From the NCBI GenBank assembly GCA_039924685.1, contig JBDTAI010000351.1, positions 1-32,576 on the forward strand: a stretch of 32,576 bases of DNA, written 5' to 3'. Under the pieces are notes generated by a model. It saw nothing but the letters and a program-made list of their open reading frames with translations. It ran no database searches and was not told where the DNA came from. Origin of the DNA: Ktedonobacterales bacterium (lineage in GTDB: Bacteria; Chloroflexota; Ktedonobacteria; Ktedonobacterales; JADMIN01). A program made the position numbers and the translations under genes. Shown here piece after piece: positions 16,279 through 24,765 of the stretch. Within the stretch, counting starts at the first letter, position 1. Each line of letters opens with the position of its first letter.

Positions 16279-17010
16279 ATGCTGCCTGCCGCGATCCTCT
16301 TCGACCTGGATGATACGATCCTCGCTGATTCGCTGGGCGCGGCGGAGTCGTGGGCGAGTGTGTGCGCGCAGTATGCCGCGCAATTTGCGCCCTTCACTGC
16401 GGCGGAGGCGCTGGACGCCATCAATGCGTATCGCGCATGGTACTGGGACGACGCCGAGCGCCACCGTCTCGGTCGCCTCGATCTGGTCGTCGCCCGCCAG
16501 CAAATCATCGCCACCGCGCTCACCCGGCTAGGGCTTGATGATGCGCACAGTCAACCGCTGGCAGCTGAGATGGCGCGCGACTATGCCCAGCTGCGCGACG
16601 AAAGCTCACACCTGCTCCCTGGCGCGCTCGAAACGCTACAGCAGCTACAGGCATACGGCGTGCGGCTGGCCCTGCTCACCAACGGCGCGGCGCTCGCCCA
16701 GCGGCGCAAGATCGAGCGCCATCAGCTTGCGCCCTTCTTCGAGGTGATCGTGGTCGAGGGGGAGTTTGGCGTGGGCAAGCCCGACGAGCGCGTCTATCGC
16801 CACGCCATCAGCGCGCTTCGGCTCACCCCGCAGAGCGGCTGGATGGTGGGCGACAACCTCGAGTGGGATGTCGCCGCGCCACAACGGCTGGGGATCGTCG
16901 GCGTCTGGCACGATCTCGCAGGCGCCGGTTTGCCTGTGGGTTGCGCCGTCCACCCCGACCGCATCATCCGCTACCTCCCCGAACTGCTGAATGACGAGCC
17001 GCCGCATTAG
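16279..17010 (+). CDS. HAD-superfamily hydrolase, subfamily IA
   Basis: SD AAGGAGA. Motif I is ILFDLDDTIL (DxDxT), motif II LLTNG, motif III GVGKPDERVY, motif IV MVGDNLEWDV. Confidence 0.88.
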   Translation: MLPAAILFDLDDTILADSLGAAESWASVCAQYAAQFAPFTAAEALDAINAYRAWYWDDAERHRLGRLDLVVARQQIIATALTRLGLDDAHSQPLAAEMARDYAQLRDESSHLLPGALETLQQLQAYGVRLALLTNGAALAQRRKIERHQLAPFFEVIVVEGEFGVGKPDERVYRHAISALRLTPQSGWMVGDNLEWDVAAPQRLGIVGVWHDLAGAGLPVGCAVHPDRIIRYLPELLNDEPPH

Positions 17011-19163
17011 GGAGTCGTCGTGTCGTCGCCGCTCTGCTGCTCTTGCTGGATGTGTTCCTGCATGGCGTCGGCATCGAGCGCCATCGAGGGGCTATCCGGT
17101 GGCAGCACATCGAGTCCCAGCAGATCGTTTACGCGGATCGAGCCGGGCGCGTCGAACGGCCTGGGCGCCTCGGCAGCGAGTTCGGCCAGCGTCGCATCGC
17201 TGTTTGCCAGTGACCCGCTGAGGCTGCCCGGCGCAGGTGTTGGATCGTATGGCGGAGGCGCCGCCATGTCGTCCAGTGGGCGCGAAGGATAGGGTGACCC
17301 TGTCGGCGTATCGAGCGATCCACTGGTATACGTGTTGAGAGGTGTGCTGGGCGGCGGCATACGTAGCTCCTGCGCGCCGATTGCCGATTGCGCCGACTCC
17401 ATCGGCAGCGGCTGCGCGCCGCCAGAGACCTGTTGCAACTGATCGGCGTCGTGGCGCATGGCATCGAACGCCTGAAGCAGCCAGGCAACACCTCTATCGG
17501 CCTGCCGCACTGAACGCGACAGGATGCCAAGTTCACGCGCCAGTGTGCTGACGACGCGCTCCTCCAGTGTGGTTTCCTCGGTCAGTTGGCTCAGGATGTG
17601 CCAGACATCGGCAAGCTCGCCCGGCAACTCACCGCCTGCATCGTTCATCAGGGACGGAAGGGCTGCCAGCGGCGCGATCCCTGCCTCCTCCGGGCTGGCA
17701 GGGCTGAGAATGTCGAATTTGCCGGTATAGCCGGGGGTGAGGCCGACATCCACACCCAGACCCAGCAATCGCGCGGCTTCTTCGGGCGAGAGAGTGGCAG
17801 CGTTGCGCTGCGTGTCAGGCGCGTCGTCGGGAGCCGCCTGAGTGATCTCAGCGGGCAGCAGGATCGAGAGCGTGCGTCGCGCGCGCATCAAGAGATCAAG
17901 CTGTTTCTGCGTGGCGCTTGTCAGGCTTTCGGTCAAGGCGATCAGCGCGCCCGCGATGTGTTGCGCCCTCACCACCTCCTCAGCCGTATTGCCCAGGACT
18001 CCGCCGCTGTGGCCAAGTGCGATGAAGATTTCGCTCGCCAGCTTCTGAACACGCCCCAGCCGACGCGCATTGGCAGCCTGCGCCTGGCCGATGGCCACTG
18101 GCACGCTATCGAGCGCCGTCTCGGTCATGATCGGCAGACTCGAGGGCGTCGGCGTCATGGTATCTGTCATGCGGCCCGCCACCTCCACCAGCGGCACGGC
18201 CATCGCTTCGACACGCTGGAGCTTGCGTTCCGTCTCACGCATCGCCTTCATCCGCTCGATCAGCAGGCTCAGACTCTCACTGAGCGGATACATCTCGCCC
18301 ATCGGCACATCCACACGGGTATCGTAGTCTTCGCTCAAGGCGCGAGCAATCGCCGTCTGAATCGCCGCCACGCCATCGTTGACACGTGCGCGCTGTTCCT
18401 CCATCTGCATGCGCTGGGCGTCGAGCCGTACCTGAGCGAACTGGGCGCCCTGCTCGCGTTGTGTATTCGTCACCCTGTAGAAAAGATATTGCGACAGTGT
18501 CCAGGCGAGATAGCCAGTCAGCCCTTGCAGGCCAAGCGCATAGACCATCAACAGATAGACATCGCTCAGATTGTGCCCTGCGTCGGGAGCCAGCGCCAGC
18601 GCCAGCAACAGCGCCACCGCCGTGAGCATGGCTGTGACAGCCGCCAGCAACAGCGTCGCATCCGGTGTCAACAGCAGTCCGGCTTCAATGATGGCGGTCA
18701 GAAACAGCAGCGAGATTTGCCCAGTTGCCGTGGGGCTATGCGCCAGTGTCGCCGTGAGGAAGAGTTGTAGCGCCATGCCAGCCGCGCCACCGAAGATCAG
18801 CACATAGACCGCGCGGGCGAAGTTGCGCAGCGAGTGGTTGAGGATCAGGGCTGAGATGTAGATCAATAGCGTCGCCACCAGCACAAAGAACGTCGGCGAG
18901 AACGTGAAAGGGAATAGATACCCCGGCGCGATCACGATGGTGAGCAATATCTGGGCAATGATCAGCGTATTCAGGATGTGTGGGCGCTCCTGATCGCGCT
19001 CCGCCACCGCGCGCAATGTCTGGTTGATGAGGCCGGAGAGCGCCATCCGGTTGCCTGTGATGGGTGGTCCGCTGGTGGGCGCGCGCATCCCCATTGGTCC
19101 AAAGTCGGGAAGCGGCTGTGAGCGGACGGGGGCCGAGCGTTGCGAATCGCGCTGATACTTCAT
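17007..19163 (-). CDS. Uncharacterised 718-aa polytopic membrane protein: about 6 TM helices, HAMP-like/coiled-coil segment, long Pro-rich acidic tail
   Basis: The ORF is long with GC3-rich codon usage. Hydrophobic helices span about residues 65-250. The segment AIARALSEDYDTRVDVPMGEMYPLSESLSLLIERM resembles a HAMP connector. No kinase, cyclase or MCP motif was seen. The stop overlaps the HAD stop (17007-17010). Confidence 0.75.
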   Translation of the reverse strand: MKYQRDSQRSAPVRSQPLPDFGPMGMRAPTSGPPITGNRMALSGLINQTLRAVAERDQERPHILNTLIIAQILLTIVIAPGYLFPFTFSPTFFVLVATLLIYISALILNHSLRNFARAVYVLIFGGAAGMALQLFLTATLAHSPTATGQISLLFLTAIIEAGLLLTPDATLLLAAVTAMLTAVALLLALALAPDAGHNLSDVYLLMVYALGLQGLTGYLAWTLSQYLFYRVTNTQREQGAQFAQVRLDAQRMQMEEQRARVNDGVAAIQTAIARALSEDYDTRVDVPMGEMYPLSESLSLLIERMKAMRETERKLQRVEAMAVPLVEVAGRMTDTMTPTPSSLPIMTETALDSVPVAIGQAQAANARRLGRVQKLASEIFIALGHSGGVLGNTAEEVVRAQHIAGALIALTESLTSATQKQLDLLMRARRTLSILLPAEITQAAPDDAPDTQRNAATLSPEEAARLLGLGVDVGLTPGYTGKFDILSPASPEEAGIAPLAALPSLMNDAGGELPGELADVWHILSQLTEETTLEERVVSTLARELGILSRSVRQADRGVAWLLQAFDAMRHDADQLQQVSGGAQPLPMESAQSAIGAQELRMPPPSTPLNTYTSGSLDTPTGSPYPSRPLDDMAAPPPYDPTPAPGSLSGSLANSDATLAELAAEAPRPFDAPGSIRVNDLLGLDVLPPDSPSMALDADAMQEHIQQEQQSGDDTTTP

Positions 19164-19183
19164 GGCCTGGCTTATGCGCGTTG

Positions 19184-19189
19184 ATTATA
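19184..19189 (-). promoter_or_regulatory. Candidate -10 (TATAAT on the minus strand) for the 718-aa gene
   Basis: The plus strand reads attata, which is aGGTATAATc on the minus strand, 20 nt upstream of the ATG at 19163. This implies a very short leader. Confidence 0.4.
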
Positions 19190-19311
19190 CCTCTGACCTC
19201 TGCGTAGCATCCGCGCACATCCGTCCCCGGGTGAACCGTTGGCATGGACTTGAAGTGCTGACAGAAACGACGCAAGCAGAGGATGGTGAACGCGCTCCTC
19301 CTTTATCTGGC

Positions 19312-19359
19312 ATGATGACGAGATGACAAGATGACCTGATGATGAATGCCTCGATGATG
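19312..19359. repeat. Imperfect 8-bp-period repeat (nnGATGAC / nnGATGAt) x5-6
   Basis: The units are atgatgac|gagatgac|aagatgac|ctgatgat|gaatgcct|cgatgatg. It lies in the 490-bp divergent intergenic region. Confidence 0.6.
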
Positions 19360-19521
19360 CCCTCTGGCAACAGGCGAGAAGAAAATGACAAGGGTATTGT
19401 AGGCGCCCGCATGGTGAATGGCAAGGGCCGGACGACCGCCTGAACCGCACTGGGCCGCTTGCGTTGCGGGCTACGTGGGGCTGGGATGATCACTGCTCTG
19501 TTCAGAGAAGTCCCACTGGCG

Positions 19522-19527
19522 TATAGT
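19522..19527 (+). promoter_or_regulatory. Candidate glpK -10 (TATAGT)
   Basis: The context is gcgTATAGTac, about 125 nt upstream of the glpK ATG. The -35 (TTCAGA with a 15-nt spacer) is poor. Confidence 0.3.
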
Positions 19528-19652
19528 ACTTCTGACCGTCTCGCCGGGCGGTTGGGGCGTCTGCAGCATAACGCAGGTCGGCTGGCATTCGCAGATCCAC
19601 GCGGATACCTCAGAGTTACCACAGAGATAGAACGAGCGAGGAGGGCTGCTAC

Positions 19653-21200
19653 ATGGCGCAGATGGTGACGAATTCAGGCGACGCGGGAGATGGCAAGGCA
19701 CGCTATGTGCTGGCGCTCGATCAGGGGACGACCAGTTCGCGGGCGATCCTCTTCGACGCGCGCGGGGCGGTAGTGAGCGTGGCCCAGCAGGAGTTCCCGC
19801 AGCTATTCCCGGCGCCGGGCCTGGTGGAACACGATCCCGAAGCGATCTGGACCTCGCAGTTCGCCAGCGCGCAGGAGGCGCTGCAACAGGCAGGCGCCAG
19901 CGCGAGCGATGTGGCCGCCATTGGTGTCACCAACCAGCGCGAGACCACCATCCTCTGGGATCGCGCCAGCGGTCGCGCCATCCACAACGCCATTGTCTGG
20001 CAGAGCCGCCTCACCGCGCCGCTCTGTGACGAACTGACGCGCCGTGGCCTCGAAGATACCGTCCGCGCCAAAACTGGCCTCGTGATCGACCCCTACTTCT
20101 CTGGCACGAAGATCACCTGGCTGCTGGATAACGTCAATGGCGCGCGCGAACGAGCCGAGCGTGGCGACATCCTCTTCGGCACGGTAGACAGCTTTCTGAT
20201 CTGGCGCCTCACCGGCGGGCGCGTCCACGTCACCGACTATACCAACGCCTCGCGCACAATGCTCTTCAACATCCACACGCTCGACTGGGACGACGATCTG
20301 CTGCGCGAACTGCGCGTGCCACGCGCCATGCTGCCGCGTGTAGCGCCATCCAGCGCGGTCTATGGCGAGACTGAGCCGCGCTACTTCGGGGCGGCGATCC
20401 GGATCGCGGGGGCGGCGGGCGACCAGCAGGCGGCGACCTTCGGGCAGGCGTGCTTCACCCCCGGCATGGCGAAGAACACCTATGGCACTGGCTGTTTCAT
20501 GCTGCTCAATACCGGCGATCAGCCGCGCGCCTCGCAGCATGGCCTGCTGACGACGATTGCCTGGGCGCTGGGCGATCCAGCCGCTCCGCAGGTGACGTAT
20601 GCGCTGGAGGGCAGCGTGTTTGTGGCGGGGGCGGCGGTGCAATGGCTGCGCGACGGCCTGGGAGTGATCAAAGCGAGTGTGGACGTGGAGGCGCTGGCGC
20701 GGCAGGTTGCCGACGCGAACGGCGTCTATGTCGTGCCGGCCTTCGTCGGGCTGGGGGCGCCCTATTGGGATGCAAAGGCGCGCGGGGCAATTCTGGGGCT
20801 GACACGCGGGACGACGGCGGCGCATGTGGCGCGAGCAGTGCTCGACGCGATGGCCTACCAGACCCGCGACGTGCTGGATGCGATGCTGGCTGACTCCGGC
20901 GAGACACTGCTCTCGCTGCGTGTGGATGGCGGCGCGGCGGTCAACGATCTGCTGATGCAGTTTCAGGCGGACATTCTGGGGACACCGACGCAACGGCCAA
21001 AAGTGCGCGAGACGACAGCGTTGGGGGCGGCGTATCTGGCCGGGCTGGCGGTGGGCTTCTGGCGCGACCAGGCGGAGGTGGCGAGCCACTGGGCGCTCGA
21101 CCGCACCTTCACGCCGACGATGGACCCAGTTGAACGTGAAAAGCTCTACGCCCGGTGGCGCAAAGCTGTCAGTCGCGCCCGCGACTGGGCGGAGGAGTGA
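19653..21200 (+). CDS. glpK: Glycerol kinase
   Basis: SD GAGGAGGG. Motifs [18 protein letters not shown] and [13 protein letters not shown] are present, and GlpK-like sequence runs the full 515 aa. Confidence 0.97.
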   Translation: MAQMVTNSGDAGDGKARYVLALDQGTTSSRAILFDARGAVVSVAQQEFPQLFPAPGLVEHDPEAIWTSQFASAQEALQQAGASASDVAAIGVTNQRETTILWDRASGRAIHNAIVWQSRLTAPLCDELTRRGLEDTVRAKTGLVIDPYFSGTKITWLLDNVNGARERAERGDILFGTVDSFLIWRLTGGRVHVTDYTNASRTMLFNIHTLDWDDDLLRELRVPRAMLPRVAPSSAVYGETEPRYFGAAIRIAGAAGDQQAATFGQACFTPGMAKNTYGTGCFMLLNTGDQPRASQHGLLTTIAWALGDPAAPQVTYALEGSVFVAGAAVQWLRDGLGVIKASVDVEALARQVADANGVYVVPAFVGLGAPYWDAKARGAILGLTRGTTAAHVARAVLDAMAYQTRDVLDAMLADSGETLLSLRVDGGAAVNDLLMQFQADILGTPTQRPKVRETTALGAAYLAGLAVGFWRDQAEVASHWALDRTFTPTMDPVEREKLYARWRKAVSRARDWAEE

Positions 21201-21329
21201 CCTCACCCCGGCCCTCCCCGACGAGGCGCGGGAGAGCAGAGGCGTGTTGTAGGGGCTCATGGCACGCGCCCGCGTACCTGCTGCGCACGGCGCCAACGCT
21301 GCCGCTGCCGTATGGGCGACAGAGGGCGG

Positions 21330-21573
21330 GCGGCTAAAGCCGCGCCTGGAAAAAGTCCCTATCGGGACGCGAAGGCCGTCTCCACGGCCTGTGGTATGCG
21401 CCTATGCGCCTATGCGCCTATGCGCCTATGTGGCAGATGGCAGGCGATGTGGCGCCTGTAACGGGTACACGGCGCGCCGCTGGCGCATTTCACGGGCCAC
21501 CGCCGGTTGACTTGCAGCCCCCGCAAGCGGGCTTTGCATCGGCCTGGGCCGCTCTAGGCGCGGCTTCAGCCGC
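21330..21573. repeat. Hairpin-rich REP/MITE-like non-coding block bounded by inverted GCGGC-N4-GCCGC hairpins
   Basis: gcggctaaagccgcgcct (21330-21347) matches aggcgcggcttcagccgc (21556-21573) at 17/18 as a reverse complement. Internal hairpins occur at 21355-21368, 21373-21390 and 21513-21538. Confidence 0.3.
21395..21430. repeat. Perfect tandem repeat (tatgcgcc) x4.5, 8-bp unit
   Basis: Read directly from the sequence. It lies in intergenic DNA downstream of glpK. Confidence 0.95.
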
Positions 21574-21612
21574 TGGCGGGGCCACGCCACTACGCCCGCT
21601 CCCCAACTCCTG

Positions 21613-22140
21613 TCACCCTTCCACTGTCTCTGCCGATTCGGACGAGGTGGCGAGGTGTGCGGCTTTGGCGCGGGCGAGGCCGAGTTTGCCAGCGCCTGGT
21701 CGTCCGCCTAGCCAGCCGATCAGCGCGGCGATAGTGAGAAACAGCAGGAAGGCAAGACCCGCCACGAGGATCGCGGCGCCCAATCCGCCCGGTACGTTCG
21801 TGTTGATCTCCAGCCGCCCGTTGACGCTGTAGATCGCCGAGAGCGCGGCATAGATGGCAAACGTCACCATGCCGGCGATGGCGCCCAGCCCGGCGATACG
21901 TGTCTCACGTCCGGTGTAGAACCCTGACGCTGAGAAGGCGAAGATGAAGATCAGCAGGCTGAGGCAACCCAGCGTCACCGCGCCGGGATTATTCGGTCCG
22001 ACTGCGCCAGGGAAGGCGTCGTTGGAGATCAGCGTGAGCAACTGGATGACAGCATAGGTGGCAAGGCCGACAATGGCCCCCCATTTGGCGGCGGCAAGCA
22101 TGAGAACTCCATAGGTGATGGGTGTTGACGGTGTGATCAT
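21613..22140 (-). CDS. Hypothetical 4-TM integral membrane protein (about 175 aa)
   Basis: Four hydrophobic segments are followed by a basic, Ala-rich tail. The first ATG is at 22140; the listed ORF starts at a TTG at 22149. A -10-like TATAAT on the minus strand sits at 22168-22173 (plus-strand attata). Confidence 0.65.
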   Translation of the reverse strand: MITPSTPITYGVLMLAAAKWGAIVGLATYAVIQLLTLISNDAFPGAVGPNNPGAVTLGCLSLLIFIFAFSASGFYTGRETRIAGLGAIAGMVTFAIYAALSAIYSVNGRLEINTNVPGGLGAAILVAGLAFLLFLTIAALIGWLGGRPGAGKLGLARAKAAHLATSSESAETVEG

Positions 22141-22390
22141 CAGGCGCAATCAGGCATCAGACGTGTGCGCCACTGGTATTATATGGCTTGCACAGCCACT
22201 GGCGCCGCCCTTCACCCGAAGTGGCATCGGGGGCGACGCGGACGCCCGCCAGACGCCTCCACAACACAACTGATGTTCACCCACTGCCCATCGTCGTGAG
22301 TCTTTACCTCACAGCCAGCGGAGGCAGGCTTCGCGTCGGCTTTGCCGACTTCAGGCGAGGATTTACCTGCTCGCGCTGGCTGGCCGCGCT

Positions 22391-24310
22391 TCATGGCGTA
22401 CTCGTCGCGCCAGGGGACGGTGACGGTGTCGGGGACGCCCCCGGCACACTCTGGTCGCTGAAGCTGCGCAGCGTCACCACATTCTGCCCTGTATCGAGGA
22501 AGGTGACGACAACAGTATCGCCCACCTGCGCCAGTGGCAGTTGCGGGCTAAGATTGATGCCCGCCTGGAAGATGTGCGATTGCCCATTGATCAGCAGGTA
22601 GTAGACCGTTGTGCCGTTCTGCGTCGCGGCGGAGATGCGTTGTATAGTCCCATGCGTTGTCACCAGCTTGCCTGTCGGAGCCGCTGTCGCCCCCTGGATG
22701 TTGTTGTTCGCCAGCCACTGCGCATAGGCTGCCAGCGCATCGGACTTCGTGCTGGCCATGATCACGTTGGCGCCTTGCAGATGGTGCGCATCCACCATGC
22801 CCACCGCCTGGAAGCTCTCGCCATAGTTGTTGGTCTGCACAAAAGTGGCGACCCAGGTTGGCTCATTGTAAATCTCGTAAAGCTGCACCGTGCCGACGGT
22901 ATAGTTGCGGATGTTGCTGGGATTCGACTGGAACGCGCTCTCGACGTTGGCCGTCACGCCCAGCCCCGTCAGCGGATAGAAGCGGCCCGTCATATCGCGG
23001 GTGTCGAAGAGTACGACGCCAGTGCTTGAGTTGTCGCTGCCCGCGCTCGATGTCATCGGCTCGAGCCATACCGGCTGATCCACCTGATTGTAGACCAGTT
23101 CAGGCATGGCGGTCGCAGGAGCTTGCTGCCGCGCGCCGGATGGGTTGAACCACGGCGCGTGCTCATACAGCCCCCACCACGTCAGGTAATCATTGACGGA
23201 TGCGGCGGGGATGATGCGGTCAACCCATGACGGTACGGTGTTGGGCGCATCGTTGGCGATGTCTCCGGTCTGTGGATCAACGACCAGCACGCGCTTGACC
23301 ACATCGCCGGTGAAGCCGCGTGTCGGCTGCATCAGCGAGATGGTGAAGTAGGGGCGCCAGCTATCATCCACCTCCAGCGTCGGGTCCACCAGATTGCCAT
23401 AGGTGTAGCCGCTCAGATACACATGGCGCAGCAAATCCTGATTGAGGATCGCGCCCGGCAGGTAGCGCATATGGTAGCCGGTGCGCAGCGTCGCCGACAC
23501 GTTCGGGTCTTCGGCGTCCACCACCACATAGCCGGGACTCTGCCAGTTGCCCAGGTTGGCGTAGACGTTGTTGTAGACCAGCGGCGCAATCCAGTAAAGA
23601 TGCTTGCGCACCGATTGCAGTGTATATGCCGCCTGCTCGGTGTGGTAGATCGAGCCGAGATTCTGTCCGCCAGAGGCCAGTGCCTGCTGCCCCAGGTACG
23701 ACGCCACGCCCTGCGTCACCAGCACGATGTGGTCAACATTGGTGGGTGGCAGCGATTGCGAGGCTGGCTCAGTGATGATGTGCGGAATTGCCGCCAGCGC
23801 CTGCGCGTTGGGGTCGAACCAGGTCGTGCCGACGACGATCAGCCCGTTGACCACAGCGGCCATCAGCAATACAAGTACGATGGCGCTGCCACCTGCCAAC
23901 GCACTCGACCGCACGCCGGGGCGGGGTGTGATATTGATTGGGCCGGAGCTATGCCGCCGATAGGATGCGCCAGCGGCGCCGGAGTTAGCGTTAAGCGCGT
24001 TGAAGCGCGTATTGAGCGCATCGAGCGTCGCGCGCGCCGAGGTGAAGCCGCCGCCAAAGATGGCAAAGACGCCCGTCAGCAGCAGTGGCCAGAGCACCCA
24101 CTGCCAGCCGCCATAGGGGCCGGTGAGCGCAGGCATGGCGAAGTAGAGGATCAGCAGGTCCAGCAGAAAGTTGAGGACCCACAGCGTCGCCGCCCAGCGA
24201 GCAAGGTCCGGCCAGGTTGGCGGCTGTCGTCGCGCCAGTAGCCACGCCATCACCACCATCAGCGCCACGACGATGGTGGCGCCCAGAGCCGCCAGCCCAA
24301 AGATAATCAT
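22391..24310 (-). CDS. Uncharacterised 639-aa membrane protein: N-terminal TM bundle plus a large (about 450 aa) extracytoplasmic domain and a Pro/Ser tail
   Basis: ATG at 24310 lies 9 nt after AGGAGA (MIIFGLAALGATIVV...). About 5 TM helices fall in the first 190 aa. The remainder is beta-rich and Trp/Tyr/Asn-rich (e.g. YHMRYLPGAILNQDLLRHVYLSGYTYGNL, VQLYEIYNEPTWVATFVQ). I recognised no known catalytic motif. Confidence 0.75.
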   Translation of the reverse strand: MIIFGLAALGATIVVALMVVMAWLLARRQPPTWPDLARWAATLWVLNFLLDLLILYFAMPALTGPYGGWQWVLWPLLLTGVFAIFGGGFTSARATLDALNTRFNALNANSGAAGASYRRHSSGPINITPRPGVRSSALAGGSAIVLVLLMAAVVNGLIVVGTTWFDPNAQALAAIPHIITEPASQSLPPTNVDHIVLVTQGVASYLGQQALASGGQNLGSIYHTEQAAYTLQSVRKHLYWIAPLVYNNVYANLGNWQSPGYVVVDAEDPNVSATLRTGYHMRYLPGAILNQDLLRHVYLSGYTYGNLVDPTLEVDDSWRPYFTISLMQPTRGFTGDVVKRVLVVDPQTGDIANDAPNTVPSWVDRIIPAASVNDYLTWWGLYEHAPWFNPSGARQQAPATAMPELVYNQVDQPVWLEPMTSSAGSDNSSTGVVLFDTRDMTGRFYPLTGLGVTANVESAFQSNPSNIRNYTVGTVQLYEIYNEPTWVATFVQTNNYGESFQAVGMVDAHHLQGANVIMASTKSDALAAYAQWLANNNIQGATAAPTGKLVTTHGTIQRISAATQNGTTVYYLLINGQSHIFQAGINLSPQLPLAQVGDTVVVTFLDTGQNVVTLRSFSDQSVPGASPTPSPSPGATSTP

Positions 24311-24765
24311 ATTGTATCGTCTCCTGATCACGCGCTCATGCGAACAAGCGATCATGCGTCATCGAGTTCGTGTCACGTCGTATGGTCGGCCAACCGGCGA
24401 AACTGGACGGTTTCAATGTCTTAAGTGTATGCCTGATGTCTGGCATGCCTGGGTGATGACCTGGCCGACACACGGTATCTCCCACATCACAGTGTACTAC
24501 GCGCGGAAAGGGGCGCTGTTGTGTGCGGGGCCAGGGCGCGCCAAGACCAGTCAGGGTGACCTTCACTGCCAGGGCGCAAGTAGCGCAACCTGATGTGCTA
24601 CAGTGCAGGAGACACAGCGTACGCAACTGCAACAACGCTTGTTTCGGCATGCAGTATGCTGCATCACCTCAACCACCATCTTCGGTCGAGTGCGGGACAG
24701 TATGATAGCGTCCTGAAACGAGAGCGTCGTGAGCCACGCATATCCGGCAGAAAGCGCATGATCGC

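Noticed and set aside
19803-21296. Very long antisense or alternative-frame ORFs. Examples are 19803..21296(-) 497 aa, 17586..18770(+) 394 aa, 10868..11872(-) 334 aa, 30370..31305(-) 311 aa, 26443..27342(-) 299 aa, 14376..15209(+) 277 aa, 9947..10762(-), 8065..8853(+), 27494..28267(-), 31309..32049(-) and 32046..32576(-).
   Set aside because: All lie opposite or out of frame to genes with clear family motifs. Their translations are Arg/Ala/Pro/Gly-rich without motifs, which is typical of stop-poor shadow frames in GC-rich DNA.
22212-22394. A 60-codon ORF whose ATG overlaps the stop of the 639-aa gene (ATGA), suggesting translational coupling.
   Set aside because: The peptide is basic and low-complexity. 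Third-position GC is about 65% by my count, lower than in clear genes here. It also spans a hairpin (GTCGGC-ttt-GCCGAC, 22335-22349 on the plus strand) that more likely belongs to the upstream gene's 3' end. The evidence is insufficient.
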